Assembly: GCA_041751015.1 (NCBI GenBank)
Contig: JBGSYF010000029.1
Coordinates: 64,476 to 128,475, forward strand
DNA length: 64,000 nucleotides
Reading direction: 5' to 3'
DNA from: Chitinophagales bacterium
GTDB taxonomy: Bacteria; Bacteroidota; Bacteroidia; Chitinophagales; BACL12
Part shown: piece by piece, positions 18,903 through 27,960 of the stretch
How the letters are laid out: each line of letters begins with the position of its first letter
Numbering within the stretch: the first letter of the stretch is position 1
Translations under genes and position numbers: made by a program
The notes under the pieces: generated by a model
What the model was told of the DNA's origin: nothing
Databases searched by the model: none
Seen by the model: the letters and a program-made list of their open reading frames with translations, nothing else

Positions 18903-19124
18903 ATGATCCAATATTGGCGTCTTTTGGTGGAATCCCGCGTATTTGGTGTGTGTTCCTATCTGGGTGAAAAAATGGGCGTTGCCAGCCGAAGGATCCGGCT
19001 GTATTTTCTCTACGCCACCTTTCTGACCTTTGGCTCTCCTGTGGTGCTCTATCTGGCTTTTGCTTTCTGGCTCAATCTGAGGTCCTACATTCGCCACAAG
19101 GTGCTGGTGGTCTTTGACGACTGA
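18903..19124 (+). CDS. PspC-domain membrane protein
   Basis: ORF 18843-19124 trimmed to ATG 18903. 'RVFGVCSYLGEKMGVASRRIRLYFLYATFLTFGSPVVLYL' is typical of the PspC domain. 73 aa. Confidence 0.75.
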   Translation: MIQYWRLLVESRVFGVCSYLGEKMGVASRRIRLYFLYATFLTFGSPVVLYLAFAFWLNLRSYIRHKVLVVFDD

Positions 19125-19145
19125 TAGCCCCTGGGATTACGGGAC

Positions 19146-19173
19146 AAAAAAAAAGCCGGGCTATTCACCCGGC
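19146..19173 (-). terminator. Rho-independent terminator of the tRNA operon
   Basis: Minus strand reads GCCGGG-tgaatag-CCCGGC followed by T9, immediately 3' of tRNA-Leu(GAG). Confidence 0.8.
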
Positions 19174-19182
19174 CTCTTGCTG

Positions 19183-19267
19183 TGCCCAGAACAGGAATCG
19201 AACCTGCACGGCCAAAAAGGCCACCAGCCCCTCAAGCTGGCGCGTCTACCAATTCCGCCATCTGGGC
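19183..19267 (-). tRNA. tRNA-Leu (anticodon GAG)
   Basis: Hand-folded sequence GCCCAGATGGCGGAATTGGTAGACGCGCCAGCTTGAGGGGCTGGTGGCCTTTTTGGCCGTGCAGGTTCGATTCCTGTTCTGGGCA. It has a 7-bp acceptor stem, anticodon loop TTGAGGG, a long variable arm and a TTCGATT T-loop. CCA is not encoded. Confidence 0.9.
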
Positions 19268-19380
19268 CTGCTTCCAACACGAAAAGCTCCCGCTCTTTTT
19301 CTCCACAGCTCCCGCTTTGCTGCAAACGGCCGGCTCGTTGGCCGACCGGGTTGAATATGGTCTGCTGAGAAAGAGAGCTA

Positions 19381-19467
19381 TGGTGCCCAGAACAGGAATC
19401 GAACCTGCACGACCTTGCGATCACTAGAACCTGAATCTAGCGCGTCTACCAATTCCGCCATCTGGGC
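19381..19467 (-). tRNA. tRNA-Leu (anticodon CAG)
   Basis: Its acceptor, D and T arms are the same as those of the GAG isoacceptor. Anticodon arm CTAGA-TTCAGGT-TCTAG, long variable arm. The 3' CCA is encoded. Confidence 0.9.
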
Positions 19468-19471
19468 TTAG

Positions 19472-19544
19472 TGAAGCGACTGGGATTCGAACCCAGGGCC
19501 CGCACATTAAAAGTGTGCTGCTCTACCAGCTGAGCTATCGCTTC
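19472..19544 (-). tRNA. tRNA-Lys (anticodon UUU)
   Basis: GAAGCGATAGCTCAGCTGGTAGAGCAGCACACTTTTAATGTGCGGGCCCTGGGTTCGAATCCCAGTCGCTTCA folds into a canonical 73-nt cloverleaf with anticodon loop CTTTTAA. CCA is not encoded. Confidence 0.92.
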
Positions 19545-19642
19545 TTGTTGTACAAAAAGAACAAAGCCTTTTTCAGTTGGGGTCTCCGGCGCAGAAAGCT
19601 TGCTTTTTGAACCGAAATGCCACCCTTCCGTCAAAGGTTCGG

Positions 19643-19650
19643 CAAAGATA
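19643..19650 (-). promoter_or_regulatory. Candidate -7 promoter box (TATCTTTG) for the tRNA operon
   Basis: Matches TAnnTTTG on the minus strand, ~100 nt upstream of the tRNA-Lys 5' end. Confidence 0.3.
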
Positions 19651-19778
19651 AATGAATTTGCTTTTCCAGTACAATCTCATCGGGGAATATTCCCTCCTGA
19701 CTTCTTCTGCATCTCTGGCCTGAAGGCTTCCCGGCTCTGTCGGCCATTCAGTATGCAGTTCTGCGGAGCAGGATGCGT

Positions 19779-20333
19779 TTAGCCCAGGGGCATCACGCCG
19801 CTGGCGATGAATTCGTACTCCCAGGCGGGCTCGGTGATGGCTTCGACCTCCTCTGCGGATTTGCCCTCATCTTCGGCAAAGTGGCGAAGGGTCTCTACGG
19901 AGAGCTCCTTTTTCACGGCCACCCCTTCAACAACTACCCGGGATCCGGCCATGTCTTTGGGCACGAAAAAACCGTAGTCTTTGAAGGTGACCCGCACCTG
20001 CTCGCCGTTGACACAGTCCATCTTCATCCAACAACCCGCCATCTGACACACGGAAGTAATGACGCCCTCTACCTTGGCCTGAGTTTCCTCGGTGTTGCTC
20101 ATGGCACCCAGCAATTGCTCGCAGCTCATGGCCCCTTCGGCCGTGATGACTTCACCGTAGCCCCCGGCCTGGTTGACCACTACATTGCTCTCTTCGTGGT
20201 CTTCGTGCTCATCAGCATGCTCCACTTCGCTCTGTGCGCTTTCTGCTGACTCTGATTCCGAACCTGCGCAACCGACCGACATAAAACAGAAAACGTTAAG
20301 CGCGAGGCCAATAGCGATGAATTGCTTGCTCAT
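19779..20333 (-). CDS. DUF4920-like lipoprotein with acidic His-rich linker
   Basis: 184 aa. Lipobox 'MSVGC', acidic tract 'ESESAESAQSEVEHADEHEDHEES', and conserved core 'VEGVITSVCQMAGCWMKM...VTFKDYGFFVPKD'. Confidence 0.7.
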   Translation of the reverse strand: MSKQFIAIGLALNVFCFMSVGCAGSESESAESAQSEVEHADEHEDHEESNVVVNQAGGYGEVITAEGAMSCEQLLGAMSNTEETQAKVEGVITSVCQMAGCWMKMDCVNGEQVRVTFKDYGFFVPKDMAGSRVVVEGVAVKKELSVETLRHFAEDEGKSAEEVEAITEPAWEYEFIASGVMPLG

Positions 20334-20343
20334 TATGCTTGTG

Positions 20344-21618
20344 TTAGCGCTCCAGTGCGGGCTCTTGCCGACCCTGACCCCACAAAAGACGCATGTAAAA
20401 AGATGGCTTTCGCAGTTGTTCCCTCATGTCCAGATCCTCAAACATGCAGGATATGGTCTGTCGAAGCAGGGGGTTGCGATTGGCCTTTCGAACGACAAAA
20501 TTAAACAGTCTGGGGTAGGACGCCAAGCGCTGCAACTGATGGCTCAGGCGGAGCTCATCGCCGAGCTGGTGATAGACCTGGCGGTCATAGGTCGAAAGGA
20601 AGCTTTCATCACAGGAAACCCCGGCCTGCAGGCCTTCGAGCACCCTGCGAGCCGCAAGGCGCCCGGAGATCATGGCGTTGCCGATGCCTTCACCCGTAAA
20701 AGGATCAATCAGGGAAGCTGAATCGCCGACCAGCAGAAATCCGTCCCCGCTGATCTTTCTCCGCCGAGAACCCAGGGGCAAACCAAAACCGCGGGGCGAA
20801 GCTTCGGCCTCGGCATGGCGAAAACGCTCCCTGAAATGAGGGTGCTCCCGAATGATGCTTTCCATGACCTTCTTCAGATCAATGCGGCGCTTGCTGATCA
20901 CATCGCTGCGCAGGCCCAGGCCCACGTTGGCCCTTCCATCCGGAAGGGGAAAGATCCAGAAATAGCCCGGAACAAGGTCGCGGAGGTAGTGCAGCTCTAT
21001 GAAATTCTCTTCGTGCAAACCGCTGACTCCGCGGTAATAAGCCCGAACAGCCGCGCTGTGGTGAGCGGCATCCATGCTGTAATTGCTCAGGGACTTAGCC
21101 GCCAGAGACTGGGCTCCGTCGGCGGCGATCAGGATGCGGCAACTCAGGCTCTCTCCCCCGCTGCTCTTGAGCACAAAGCCCGCCCCGCTGCGCTCTATGC
21201 TGCGTATGCTCATTCCGGGTCGAAAGTCCACCGGTCCGGATTGCAACGCCTCGCGCAAAAGCCAGTCGTCGAAGTCCATGCGGCGGGCGATGAAGCCGGG
21301 GGCATGGGGCAATTGTTGTTTTTCTTCGGCGTTCCAGCGGAAGGGCACGCTGAGAACCTCTCCGGATGGGGCCACAAATTGCACGCCCCAGCAGGGCAGG
21401 TGCTTGTGATCAGCGGCCAGGCGCGCGGCCAGAGCGGGATCGATCTTGCGCAGGGTATCGACCACCTTTCCACTGATGGCATCCCCGCAGATCTTGTCGC
21501 GGGGAAAGTTAGCCTTGTCGATCAGCGTAACCGGCTGCCCCTGTGAGGCCAGGCTCATCGCGGCGGTCGCCCCGCCGGGACCGGCTCCTAAGATGATGAT
21601 CTGGGCGTCAAAGGCCAT
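20344..21618 (-). CDS. Geranylgeranyl reductase-family FAD-dependent oxidoreductase
   Basis: 424 aa. Dinucleotide fold 'IIILGAGPGGATAA', 'DKICGDAIS', and 'LVGDSASLIDPFTGEGIGNAM'. Confidence 0.85.
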   Translation of the reverse strand: MAFDAQIIILGAGPGGATAAMSLASQGQPVTLIDKANFPRDKICGDAISGKVVDTLRKIDPALAARLAADHKHLPCWGVQFVAPSGEVLSVPFRWNAEEKQQLPHAPGFIARRMDFDDWLLREALQSGPVDFRPGMSIRSIERSGAGFVLKSSGGESLSCRILIAADGAQSLAAKSLSNYSMDAAHHSAAVRAYYRGVSGLHEENFIELHYLRDLVPGYFWIFPLPDGRANVGLGLRSDVISKRRIDLKKVMESIIREHPHFRERFRHAEAEASPRGFGLPLGSRRRKISGDGFLLVGDSASLIDPFTGEGIGNAMISGRLAARRVLEGLQAGVSCDESFLSTYDRQVYHQLGDELRLSHQLQRLASYPRLFNFVVRKANRNPLLRQTISCMFEDLDMREQLRKPSFYMRLLWGQGRQEPALER

Positions 21619-21887
21619 CGCAACAGTTGGGGTTAGGCGGAAAAGGCAGGCTGGGCATTAGCTCTATGCCCGATCGGGGGCCGCTAAGTTAGGCTGTGCA
21701 GGGTGTTTAATCTCCATCCCGTGCGAACTGGCTTTGTGAAGGCGGCGTTCCTGCTCAGCGGGCATCCTTGCTGATCAGGCAATAAGCGCCGTTGTTTCGC
21801 GCATGTGCAGCGAATTGCCGATTATTGTCCCGGGCCGGGAGCGCGGAGTTGATACAGCAATGCGTCTCCTTGCTCGGTTCGCACTTT

Positions 21888-22706
21888 ATGTCAACCTCAT
21901 TTACTGATCAGGTGGTCTTGATTACCGGGGCCTCTTCAGGCATCGGAGAGGCCTGTGCGCGCGCCTTTGCCCGCCTGGGTGCCCGGGTGGTGATCTGCGC
22001 CCGCAATCTGCCCCCGCTGGAGCGCCTTGCTGCGGAATTGCCCGAGGGCCGGACGCTCTGTGTACAGGCCGATGTCAGCCGGCAGGAGGATTGCCGCGTG
22101 TTGGTGGAAAGGAGCCTGGAGCGTTTTGGCCGACTGGACGTCCTTGTGAACAATGCCGGTATCTCTATGCGGGCTCTGTTCAGAGACACCCAAATAGAGG
22201 TACTTCGGCAATTGATGGACATCAATTTCTGGGGAACGGTGTACTGCACCCATTACGCCCTCCCCCACTTGTTGAAGAGCAAGGGCAGCCTGGTCGGGGT
22301 CAGTTCCATTGCCGGCTATCGCGGCTTGCCGGGTCGATCGGGATACTCGGCCTCTAAGTTTGCGATGCAGGGCTTTTTGGAGGCCTTGCGAACCGAGCAC
22401 CTCTACGACGGCTTGCACGTCATGCTTGTTTGCCCGGGTTTTACCGCGTCCAATATTCGTCAAAACGCGCTGAATGCCAGCGGTCGTGTTCAGGGGGAAA
22501 CGCCCCGGGACGAATCCAGAATGATGAGCGCCGATGAAGTGGCCGATCATTTGCTCCGCGGTCTCCGGCATAAAAAGCGCACCGTTGTCCTGACCCGCCA
22601 GGGTAAACTTACGGTTTTTTTAAATAAATTGTTTCCAGCTATGATGGACAGGCTGGTCTACAAACACCTCGCCGAAGAGCCCGATAGTCCATTTAAAAAA
22701 AGATAA
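21888..22706 (+). CDS. Short-chain dehydrogenase/reductase (SDR)
   Basis: ORF 21792-22706 trimmed to ATG 21888, 272 aa. 'TGASSGIGEA', 'NNAG' and the catalytic 'YSASKFAMQG'. Confidence 0.88.
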   Translation: MSTSFTDQVVLITGASSGIGEACARAFARLGARVVICARNLPPLERLAAELPEGRTLCVQADVSRQEDCRVLVERSLERFGRLDVLVNNAGISMRALFRDTQIEVLRQLMDINFWGTVYCTHYALPHLLKSKGSLVGVSSIAGYRGLPGRSGYSASKFAMQGFLEALRTEHLYDGLHVMLVCPGFTASNIRQNALNASGRVQGETPRDESRMMSADEVADHLLRGLRHKKRTVVLTRQGKLTVFLNKLFPAMMDRLVYKHLAEEPDSPFKKR

Positions 22707-22709
22707 AAT

Positions 22710-23552
22710 TTGACAGAGACAAAGCGCCTCATTGAAGCCGTTTGGGAAGATCGAAGCCTGCTCAGTTCGGCTGAGCACCGAGAGGCTATAGAGAGCACCC
22801 TCTCCGCTCTGGACCGGGGTGAGTATAGGGTGGCCGAGCCTTTGCCCGATGTCCTTCAGAGCACTTCTCCAAGAACAGACTGGAAGATCAACGAATGGAT
22901 TAAAAAATCAATTATACTATATTTTTTAATAAAAGATATGCAGAGCGGGCATATCGGCCCCATTGAATACTGCGACAAAATTCCACTGAAAGGCAATTTC
23001 GCGGCGGCTGGTGTGCGGGTGGTTCCCCATGCTGTGGTGCGCTATGGGGCTTTTGTGGGAAAGGGCGCGGTGCTCATGCCCAGCTATGTGAACATTGGCG
23101 CCTATGTGGACGAGGGCACTATGGTGGATACCTGGGCCACGGTGGGCACCTGCGCCCAGATCGGAAAGAGAGTTCACCTGAGCGGAGGCGTTGGTATTGG
23201 CGGCGTGCTGGAGCCGGCACAGGCATCTCCGGTCATCGTTGAAGATGATTGTTTCATCGGATCGCGGTGTATAGTGGTGGAAGGGGTTCAGGTGGGTCGT
23301 GAGGCCGTCCTGGGGGCTGGTGTGGTGCTCACCCAAAGCACGCGAATTGTGGATGTAAGCGCGGAGCAGGTAAAGGAGTACCGGGCTTATATCCCGCCGC
23401 GCTCGGTGGTCATTCCCGGTACGCTTCCCAAGGAGTTTCCAGCGGGCAGCTATGGAGTGTCCTGCGCCCTCATCATCGGGCAGCGCAAGGCTTCGACCGA
23501 CAAAAAAGTCTCTTTGAACGATGCATTGAGAACCCATGCCATTCCGGTCTGA
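22710..23552 (+). CDS. dapD: 2,3,4,5-tetrahydropyridine-2,6-dicarboxylate N-succinyltransferase
   Basis: 280 aa with a TTG start 3 nt after the SDR stop. Collinear with DapD ('VLMPSYVNIGAYVDEGTMVDTWATVG.CAQIGK.VHLSGGVGIGGVLEP'). Confidence 0.92.
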   Translation: MTETKRLIEAVWEDRSLLSSAEHREAIESTLSALDRGEYRVAEPLPDVLQSTSPRTDWKINEWIKKSIILYFLIKDMQSGHIGPIEYCDKIPLKGNFAAAGVRVVPHAVVRYGAFVGKGAVLMPSYVNIGAYVDEGTMVDTWATVGTCAQIGKRVHLSGGVGIGGVLEPAQASPVIVEDDCFIGSRCIVVEGVQVGREAVLGAGVVLTQSTRIVDVSAEQVKEYRAYIPPRSVVIPGTLPKEFPAGSYGVSCALIIGQRKASTDKKVSLNDALRTHAIPV

Positions 23553-23584
23553 ACCCAAAGCAACCGTTCAGGCTGCTCATTCCT

Positions 23585-23592
23585 TATCTTTG
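23585..23592 (+). promoter_or_regulatory. Candidate -7 promoter box (TATCTTTG) upstream of the CCA-enzyme gene
   Basis: Matches TAnnTTTG in the dapD-cca intergenic region, 125 nt upstream of ATG 23717. Confidence 0.3.
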
Positions 23593-23716
23593 CCCCCCGA
23601 GCTGTTCTGAATCTGGCCCTCTCCAAGATTGTCCGCGATTTTTCAAGCAACCGGGAGATTGTTCAGCAACGCACAATGTGCCTGAGTTCGTGGATAGCCC
23701 TGCACAGCCCTTCCCC

Positions 23717-25171
23717 ATGATGAGCGTCTTAGAGCGGATCAGTTCCGGCGAAATTGAGTGGTTCCGGCTCGTGGGGCAGGTTGCAGACCGCTTGGGCTAC
23801 CCCTGTTTTGCGGTGGGTGGAATCGTGAGAAACTCGCTTCTGGGTCTGCCTTCTAAAGACCTGGACTTTGTCTGTGAAGGCAGCGGCATCAAACTTGCCA
23901 AAGCTGTGGCTGCTGAGATGGGCGGGGGAGTGAGCGTCAACGTGTTCAAGACTTTCGGAACGGCTCAGATTCGTTTCAAGGATTGGGAATTTGAGTTTGT
24001 CGGGGCGCGCAAGGAGAGTTACCGCAGTGATTCCCGCAAGCCTTCGGTGGAAGACGGCAGCATCGAAGACGATCAACTCAGACGTGACTTCAGCATCAAC
24101 GCCATGGCGATCTGTCTGAATAGCGAGCAGTTTGGCAAACTGCTGGATCCTTTTGATGGGCTCGGTGATTTAAAGAGACGCCTGATCCGAACGCCTACCC
24201 AAGCCGATAAAACCTTCAGTGACGATCCGCTGCGCATGATGAGGGCGGTTCGCTTTTCGACCCAATTGAATTTTGAGATTGAAGCGGAAACCTTTGAGGC
24301 CATCAAGAGGCAGAAGGAGCGAATTGCGATCATCTCTCAAGAGCGAATCACCGAGGAACTCAACAAGATCATCCTTTCGCCAAAGCCTTCACTTGGCTTC
24401 ATTCTGCTTTATGATTCGGGTTTGTTGCCCCTAATCTTTCCGGAGCTGTGCGCTCTTCAGGGTGTGGAGATTCGGGAGGGAAAGGCGCACAAGGACAACT
24501 TCTACCACACGCTTCAGGTGCTGGACAATCTGGCGGAGAACACCGATGATCTCTGGTTGCGCTGGGCCGCCATTCTTCACGACATCGCCAAGCCGCCCAC
24601 CAAGCGCTTCAACCGCGAGGCGGGCTGGACCTTTCACGGCCATGAAGTGCTGGGGGCCAAGATGCTGCCCAAGATATTCAGGCGGCTGAAATTGCCTCTG
24701 GGCGAGCCGCTGAAGTTTGTTCAGAAGATGGTGCTGCTGCACCTCAGGCCCATCGGACTGACGAGGGAGAACGTGACCGATTCTGCCATCAGACGACTGT
24801 TGTTTGAGGCCGGAGATGACATCGATCGGCTGATGATGCTCTGCGAGGCGGACATCACCTCCAAGAATCAGAAAAAGGTGATTCGCTATCTGGATAACTT
24901 CAACATGGTTCGTCAGAAGTTGCAGGAGGTGGAGGCTTACGACCGCATCCGCAACTGGCAACCCCCGGTGAGCGGTGAAGACATCATGCTGACCTTTGGT
25001 CTGGAACCGAGTCGGGAAGTTGGCGAGATCAAGAACGCCATTCGCGAAGCTATTCTGGATGGCCTGATCAGGAATCACGAGAGCGAAGCGAGACAATTCA
25101 TGCTGGAAACGGCGGAGAAAATGGGCATCAAGCCGGTCAAAGTAGTCAAAGGCCGGAAGCGCAAAAGTTGA
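23717..25171 (+). CDS. CCA tRNA nucleotidyltransferase / poly(A) polymerase-family enzyme with HD domain
   Basis: ORF 23678-25171 has a GTG start, but ATG 23717 is the more likely start. Head-domain motif 'AVGGIVRNSLLG...DLDF' and HD region 'AAILHDIAKP'. Confidence 0.85.
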   Translation: MMSVLERISSGEIEWFRLVGQVADRLGYPCFAVGGIVRNSLLGLPSKDLDFVCEGSGIKLAKAVAAEMGGGVSVNVFKTFGTAQIRFKDWEFEFVGARKESYRSDSRKPSVEDGSIEDDQLRRDFSINAMAICLNSEQFGKLLDPFDGLGDLKRRLIRTPTQADKTFSDDPLRMMRAVRFSTQLNFEIEAETFEAIKRQKERIAIISQERITEELNKIILSPKPSLGFILLYDSGLLPLIFPELCALQGVEIREGKAHKDNFYHTLQVLDNLAENTDDLWLRWAAILHDIAKPPTKRFNREAGWTFHGHEVLGAKMLPKIFRRLKLPLGEPLKFVQKMVLLHLRPIGLTRENVTDSAIRRLLFEAGDDIDRLMMLCEADITSKNQKKVIRYLDNFNMVRQKLQEVEAYDRIRNWQPPVSGEDIMLTFGLEPSREVGEIKNAIREAILDGLIRNHESEARQFMLETAEKMGIKPVKVVKGRKRKS

Positions 25172-25244
25172 TGGCTATGGGCAGTTACATGAGCCCACGC
25201 GGAAGGTCCTGGATTTTTTTGATCGGTTTTCAAGGAGTTCTGTC

Positions 25245-26177
25245 ATGACCTCAAAATCAAACTGGCTGATCAGCGTTGAAGGTCCAACGGGTAGCGGAAA
25301 AAGCGGGTTGGCCGCATTTCTGGCAGCTTCTTTAAACTGCCCGGTGATCTCGGCAGATGCTCGTCAATGTTATCGGGAGATGCGCATCGGCGTTGCCCGG
25401 CCCAGTGAGCAGGAGCTGGCCATGGCGCCTCACTACTTCATAGCCGATCGTTCGGTTACCGAGGCATTGAGCGCTGGTTCGTTTGAACGGGAAGCCCTGG
25501 AACTGCTCAAGAGCTTGTTTGCCCGCCGGCCCGTGGTGGTGCTGGTGGGGGGATCGGGGTTCTACATTCAGGCTCTGCTCGAAGGATTTGATCAGTTTCC
25601 CCCGGTTGACGAGAAGGTGAGGCAGGGGCTGCGGCAGCTCTATGAAGAAGAAGGTCTGGAGCACCTGCAGGAATTGATCCGGGTCGAAGATCCCGCATAT
25701 GCCGCTCAGGTGGATATGAACAATCCCCATCGATTGTTGCGCGCGCTGGAAGTGGGCCGCAGCTCCGGGCGTGCCTTTTCTTCCTATAGACAAGGGCGGC
25801 TTGAGGCCAGGCCCTTTTCGGTCCTGCGCTTAAAGGTGGAAAGGCCCCGGGAAGAACTGTACCGGCGCATTGATCTGCGGGTGGATGAGATGATTCAGGC
25901 CGGGCTTGAAGAAGAGGCCCGTTCCCTCCTGCCCTTGCGTCGTCTCAGCCCGCTGGACACTGTGGGATACCGCGAAATGTTTGATTACTTTGACGGCGTT
26001 TTGACCTTTGAGCAAGCTGTTCAGGCCATTCGGCAGCACAGCCGCAATTACGCCAAGCGGCAGATCACCTGGCTCAAAAGACAGAGGGACCTGATCGCAG
26101 TGAATGCCGACAAGCCCGAAGAGGTACTCAAAATGGTGCTCGGCACTTTGCCTAGCCTGCCTTCTTTCTCAAGATGA
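25245..26177 (+). CDS. miaA: tRNA dimethylallyltransferase
   Basis: 310 aa. P-loop 'GPTGSGKS', plus 'VGGSGFYIQALL' and 'YAKRQITWL'. Confidence 0.92.
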   Translation: MTSKSNWLISVEGPTGSGKSGLAAFLAASLNCPVISADARQCYREMRIGVARPSEQELAMAPHYFIADRSVTEALSAGSFEREALELLKSLFARRPVVVLVGGSGFYIQALLEGFDQFPPVDEKVRQGLRQLYEEEGLEHLQELIRVEDPAYAAQVDMNNPHRLLRALEVGRSSGRAFSSYRQGRLEARPFSVLRLKVERPREELYRRIDLRVDEMIQAGLEEEARSLLPLRRLSPLDTVGYREMFDYFDGVLTFEQAVQAIRQHSRNYAKRQITWLKRQRDLIAVNADKPEEVLKMVLGTLPSLPSFSR

Positions 26178-26384
26178 TTTCTTTTTTTATATACATTTAG
26201 ATTAAAACTGAGAGCGCTCGCTTCTTATCGCAGTCTTCCCGACCATATCTTATGGTTTATTCTGGCGGAGTTTTTTCTTCAACTCACAAATGCTGCATTT
26301 TTTCTAATTCTCAATATTTATCTAAGTAAATCGGGCTTTGCCGACGAGCGCATTGCCGGCTTTCTCTCCTGGCGCTATCTGACG

Positions 26385-27431
26385 GTGATGATGCTGGCCT
26401 ATCCCCTGGGGTACTATGTTCGAAATCGTCCGATCAAACCTTTGTTGTACGCCAGTGGGATTTTCTTTCCTCTCATGTCGTTCGGTTTGGTCATGGCAGT
26501 TGAAGCCCAGATGGAGTTTTGGTTGTATCCGCTGTTCATGGCCTGGGGCGCTTCCTTCTTTGCGGTGCAGGCTGTGGCCGTTCCCTACATGCTGAGAAAT
26601 TGTCCGGAGGAGCAACACTCTGAAGCCCTGGCATTGAATTTTACTGCCTGGAGTCTGGCGGTGGTCAGTGCAGGTGGCATCAGCTATGCCTTGTCGCTCT
26701 TTGCGCCAGGTGCTGTGAGCGAAAAAACCGTGCTTCAGGGCTTTGCACTCATGGGTTTGATCTCCCTGTACTTCATCACCCGTATTCGTCGCGACGATTA
26801 TGAGGCGCTACCCAATCCCCAGGCCGCCGGAGACTGGGGCCTGATCGCACGGGCACTGATGCCGACGGTGGTCATTGCGGTGGGCGCCGGACTGACGATA
26901 CAGTTTATGAATTTGTTTTTCTACACCGTGTTTGGAGTGGATTACGAGTTGTTCTCCCTGATGGGCGCGATGACGGCCATTGTGGCCAGCATAGCGGTAC
27001 TTATGGTGCCCCGGGTGAAGACGCATTTCGGTTTTCGGAAGGCTATACCGGCAACCCAGGGAATGGCAGTGCTGGCCCTGATTGGATTGGGTTGCACCGA
27101 GTATTTCAGCCATGTGCCCGGCGTGTTGAGTATTGCTATTATTCTATATGTGATTCGCCAACCTTTGATGAATATGGCCAATCCCATGACCTCTGAATTG
27201 GTTATGGCCTTTGTAGGACCAAAAAATCGGGAGATGACCGCAGCGCTCAACGGTGCAGTATGGTCGGGGAGTTGGTTTATGAGCAGTATGATGTTTGCTT
27301 TCCTGCGGAAAAACGGCGCAGACTACGCGCAGATCTTCTTCTTAACGGCCATTTTATACTCAATTGGCGTATATTTATTTTATCTTCTGATTAAGATGTA
27401 CGAAGTAAGAAAAGCCGCTGCTGATGTTTAG
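26385..27431 (+). CDS. MFS transporter (annotated from first canonical start; N-terminal TM1 region appears cut off by a frameshift, see findings)
   Basis: 348-aa polytopic hydrophobic ORF. The same frame stays open and MFS-like for 69 more codons upstream, back to the miaA stop, with no ATG, GTG or TTG. Confidence 0.75.
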   Translation: MMMLAYPLGYYVRNRPIKPLLYASGIFFPLMSFGLVMAVEAQMEFWLYPLFMAWGASFFAVQAVAVPYMLRNCPEEQHSEALALNFTAWSLAVVSAGGISYALSLFAPGAVSEKTVLQGFALMGLISLYFITRIRRDDYEALPNPQAAGDWGLIARALMPTVVIAVGAGLTIQFMNLFFYTVFGVDYELFSLMGAMTAIVASIAVLMVPRVKTHFGFRKAIPATQGMAVLALIGLGCTEYFSHVPGVLSIAIILYVIRQPLMNMANPMTSELVMAFVGPKNREMTAALNGAVWSGSWFMSSMMFAFLRKNGADYAQIFFLTAILYSIGVYLFYLLIKMYEVRKAAADV

Positions 27432-27960
27432 AATAGGGTTGTTGTCTGATACGCACGGCTGGCTGGACGAAAAGCTTTTGGAACACTTTGCCGGGGTAGA
27501 TGAGATCTGGCATGCCGGCGATATTGGCCATCGCTCAGTGGCCGATCAATTGCAAGCTTTCAAGCCGCTGCAGGCTGTGCGCGGCAATATCGACGATGCG
27601 GAGCTCAGAAGGCGCTTTCCGGAAGAGATCAGAACTGAGCGAGCCGGAGTATCCATTTGGATGATACATATTGGTGGGTATCCGGGCCGTTACAGCCCTG
27701 CGGTAAGAGCCTGGCTGAACAAGGCCAATCACAATCCAGCGAATGAAGATCAGTGCCTACCCGATCTGTTCATCTGCGGTCATAGCCATATTCTTCGGGT
27801 TGAACGAGACCCGCGATATGGTATGCTCTGCGTCAATCCAGGCGCCGCGGGCAAGCACGGTTTTCACCAGGAGCGTACGGCGTTGCGAATGGAACTGGAC
27901 CAGGGCAAAGTCGCAAAGCTGGAGCTGATCAAACTCGGCTTGAGAGGGGCGCTGAGATAA
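27424..27960 (+). CDS. YfcE/MJ0936-family metallophosphoesterase
   Basis: 178 aa. Motifs 'SDTHG', 'HAGDIG' and 'GHSH'. Overlaps the MFS stop by 8 nt. Confidence 0.85.
   Translation: MFRIGLLSDTHGWLDEKLLEHFAGVDEIWHAGDIGHRSVADQLQAFKPLQAVRGNIDDAELRRRFPEEIRTERAGVSIWMIHIGGYPGRYSPAVRAWLNKANHNPANEDQCLPDLFICGHSHILRVERDPRYGMLCVNPGAAGKHGFHQERTALRMELDQGKVAKLELIKLGLRGALR

Noticed and set aside
19146-19780. tRNA cluster as an integration hotspot or mobile-element boundary
   Set aside because: There is no integrase or transposase nearby and no duplicated tRNA 3' half (att-like direct repeat). The flanking genes (PspC-domain, DUF4920, reductase) look chromosomal.
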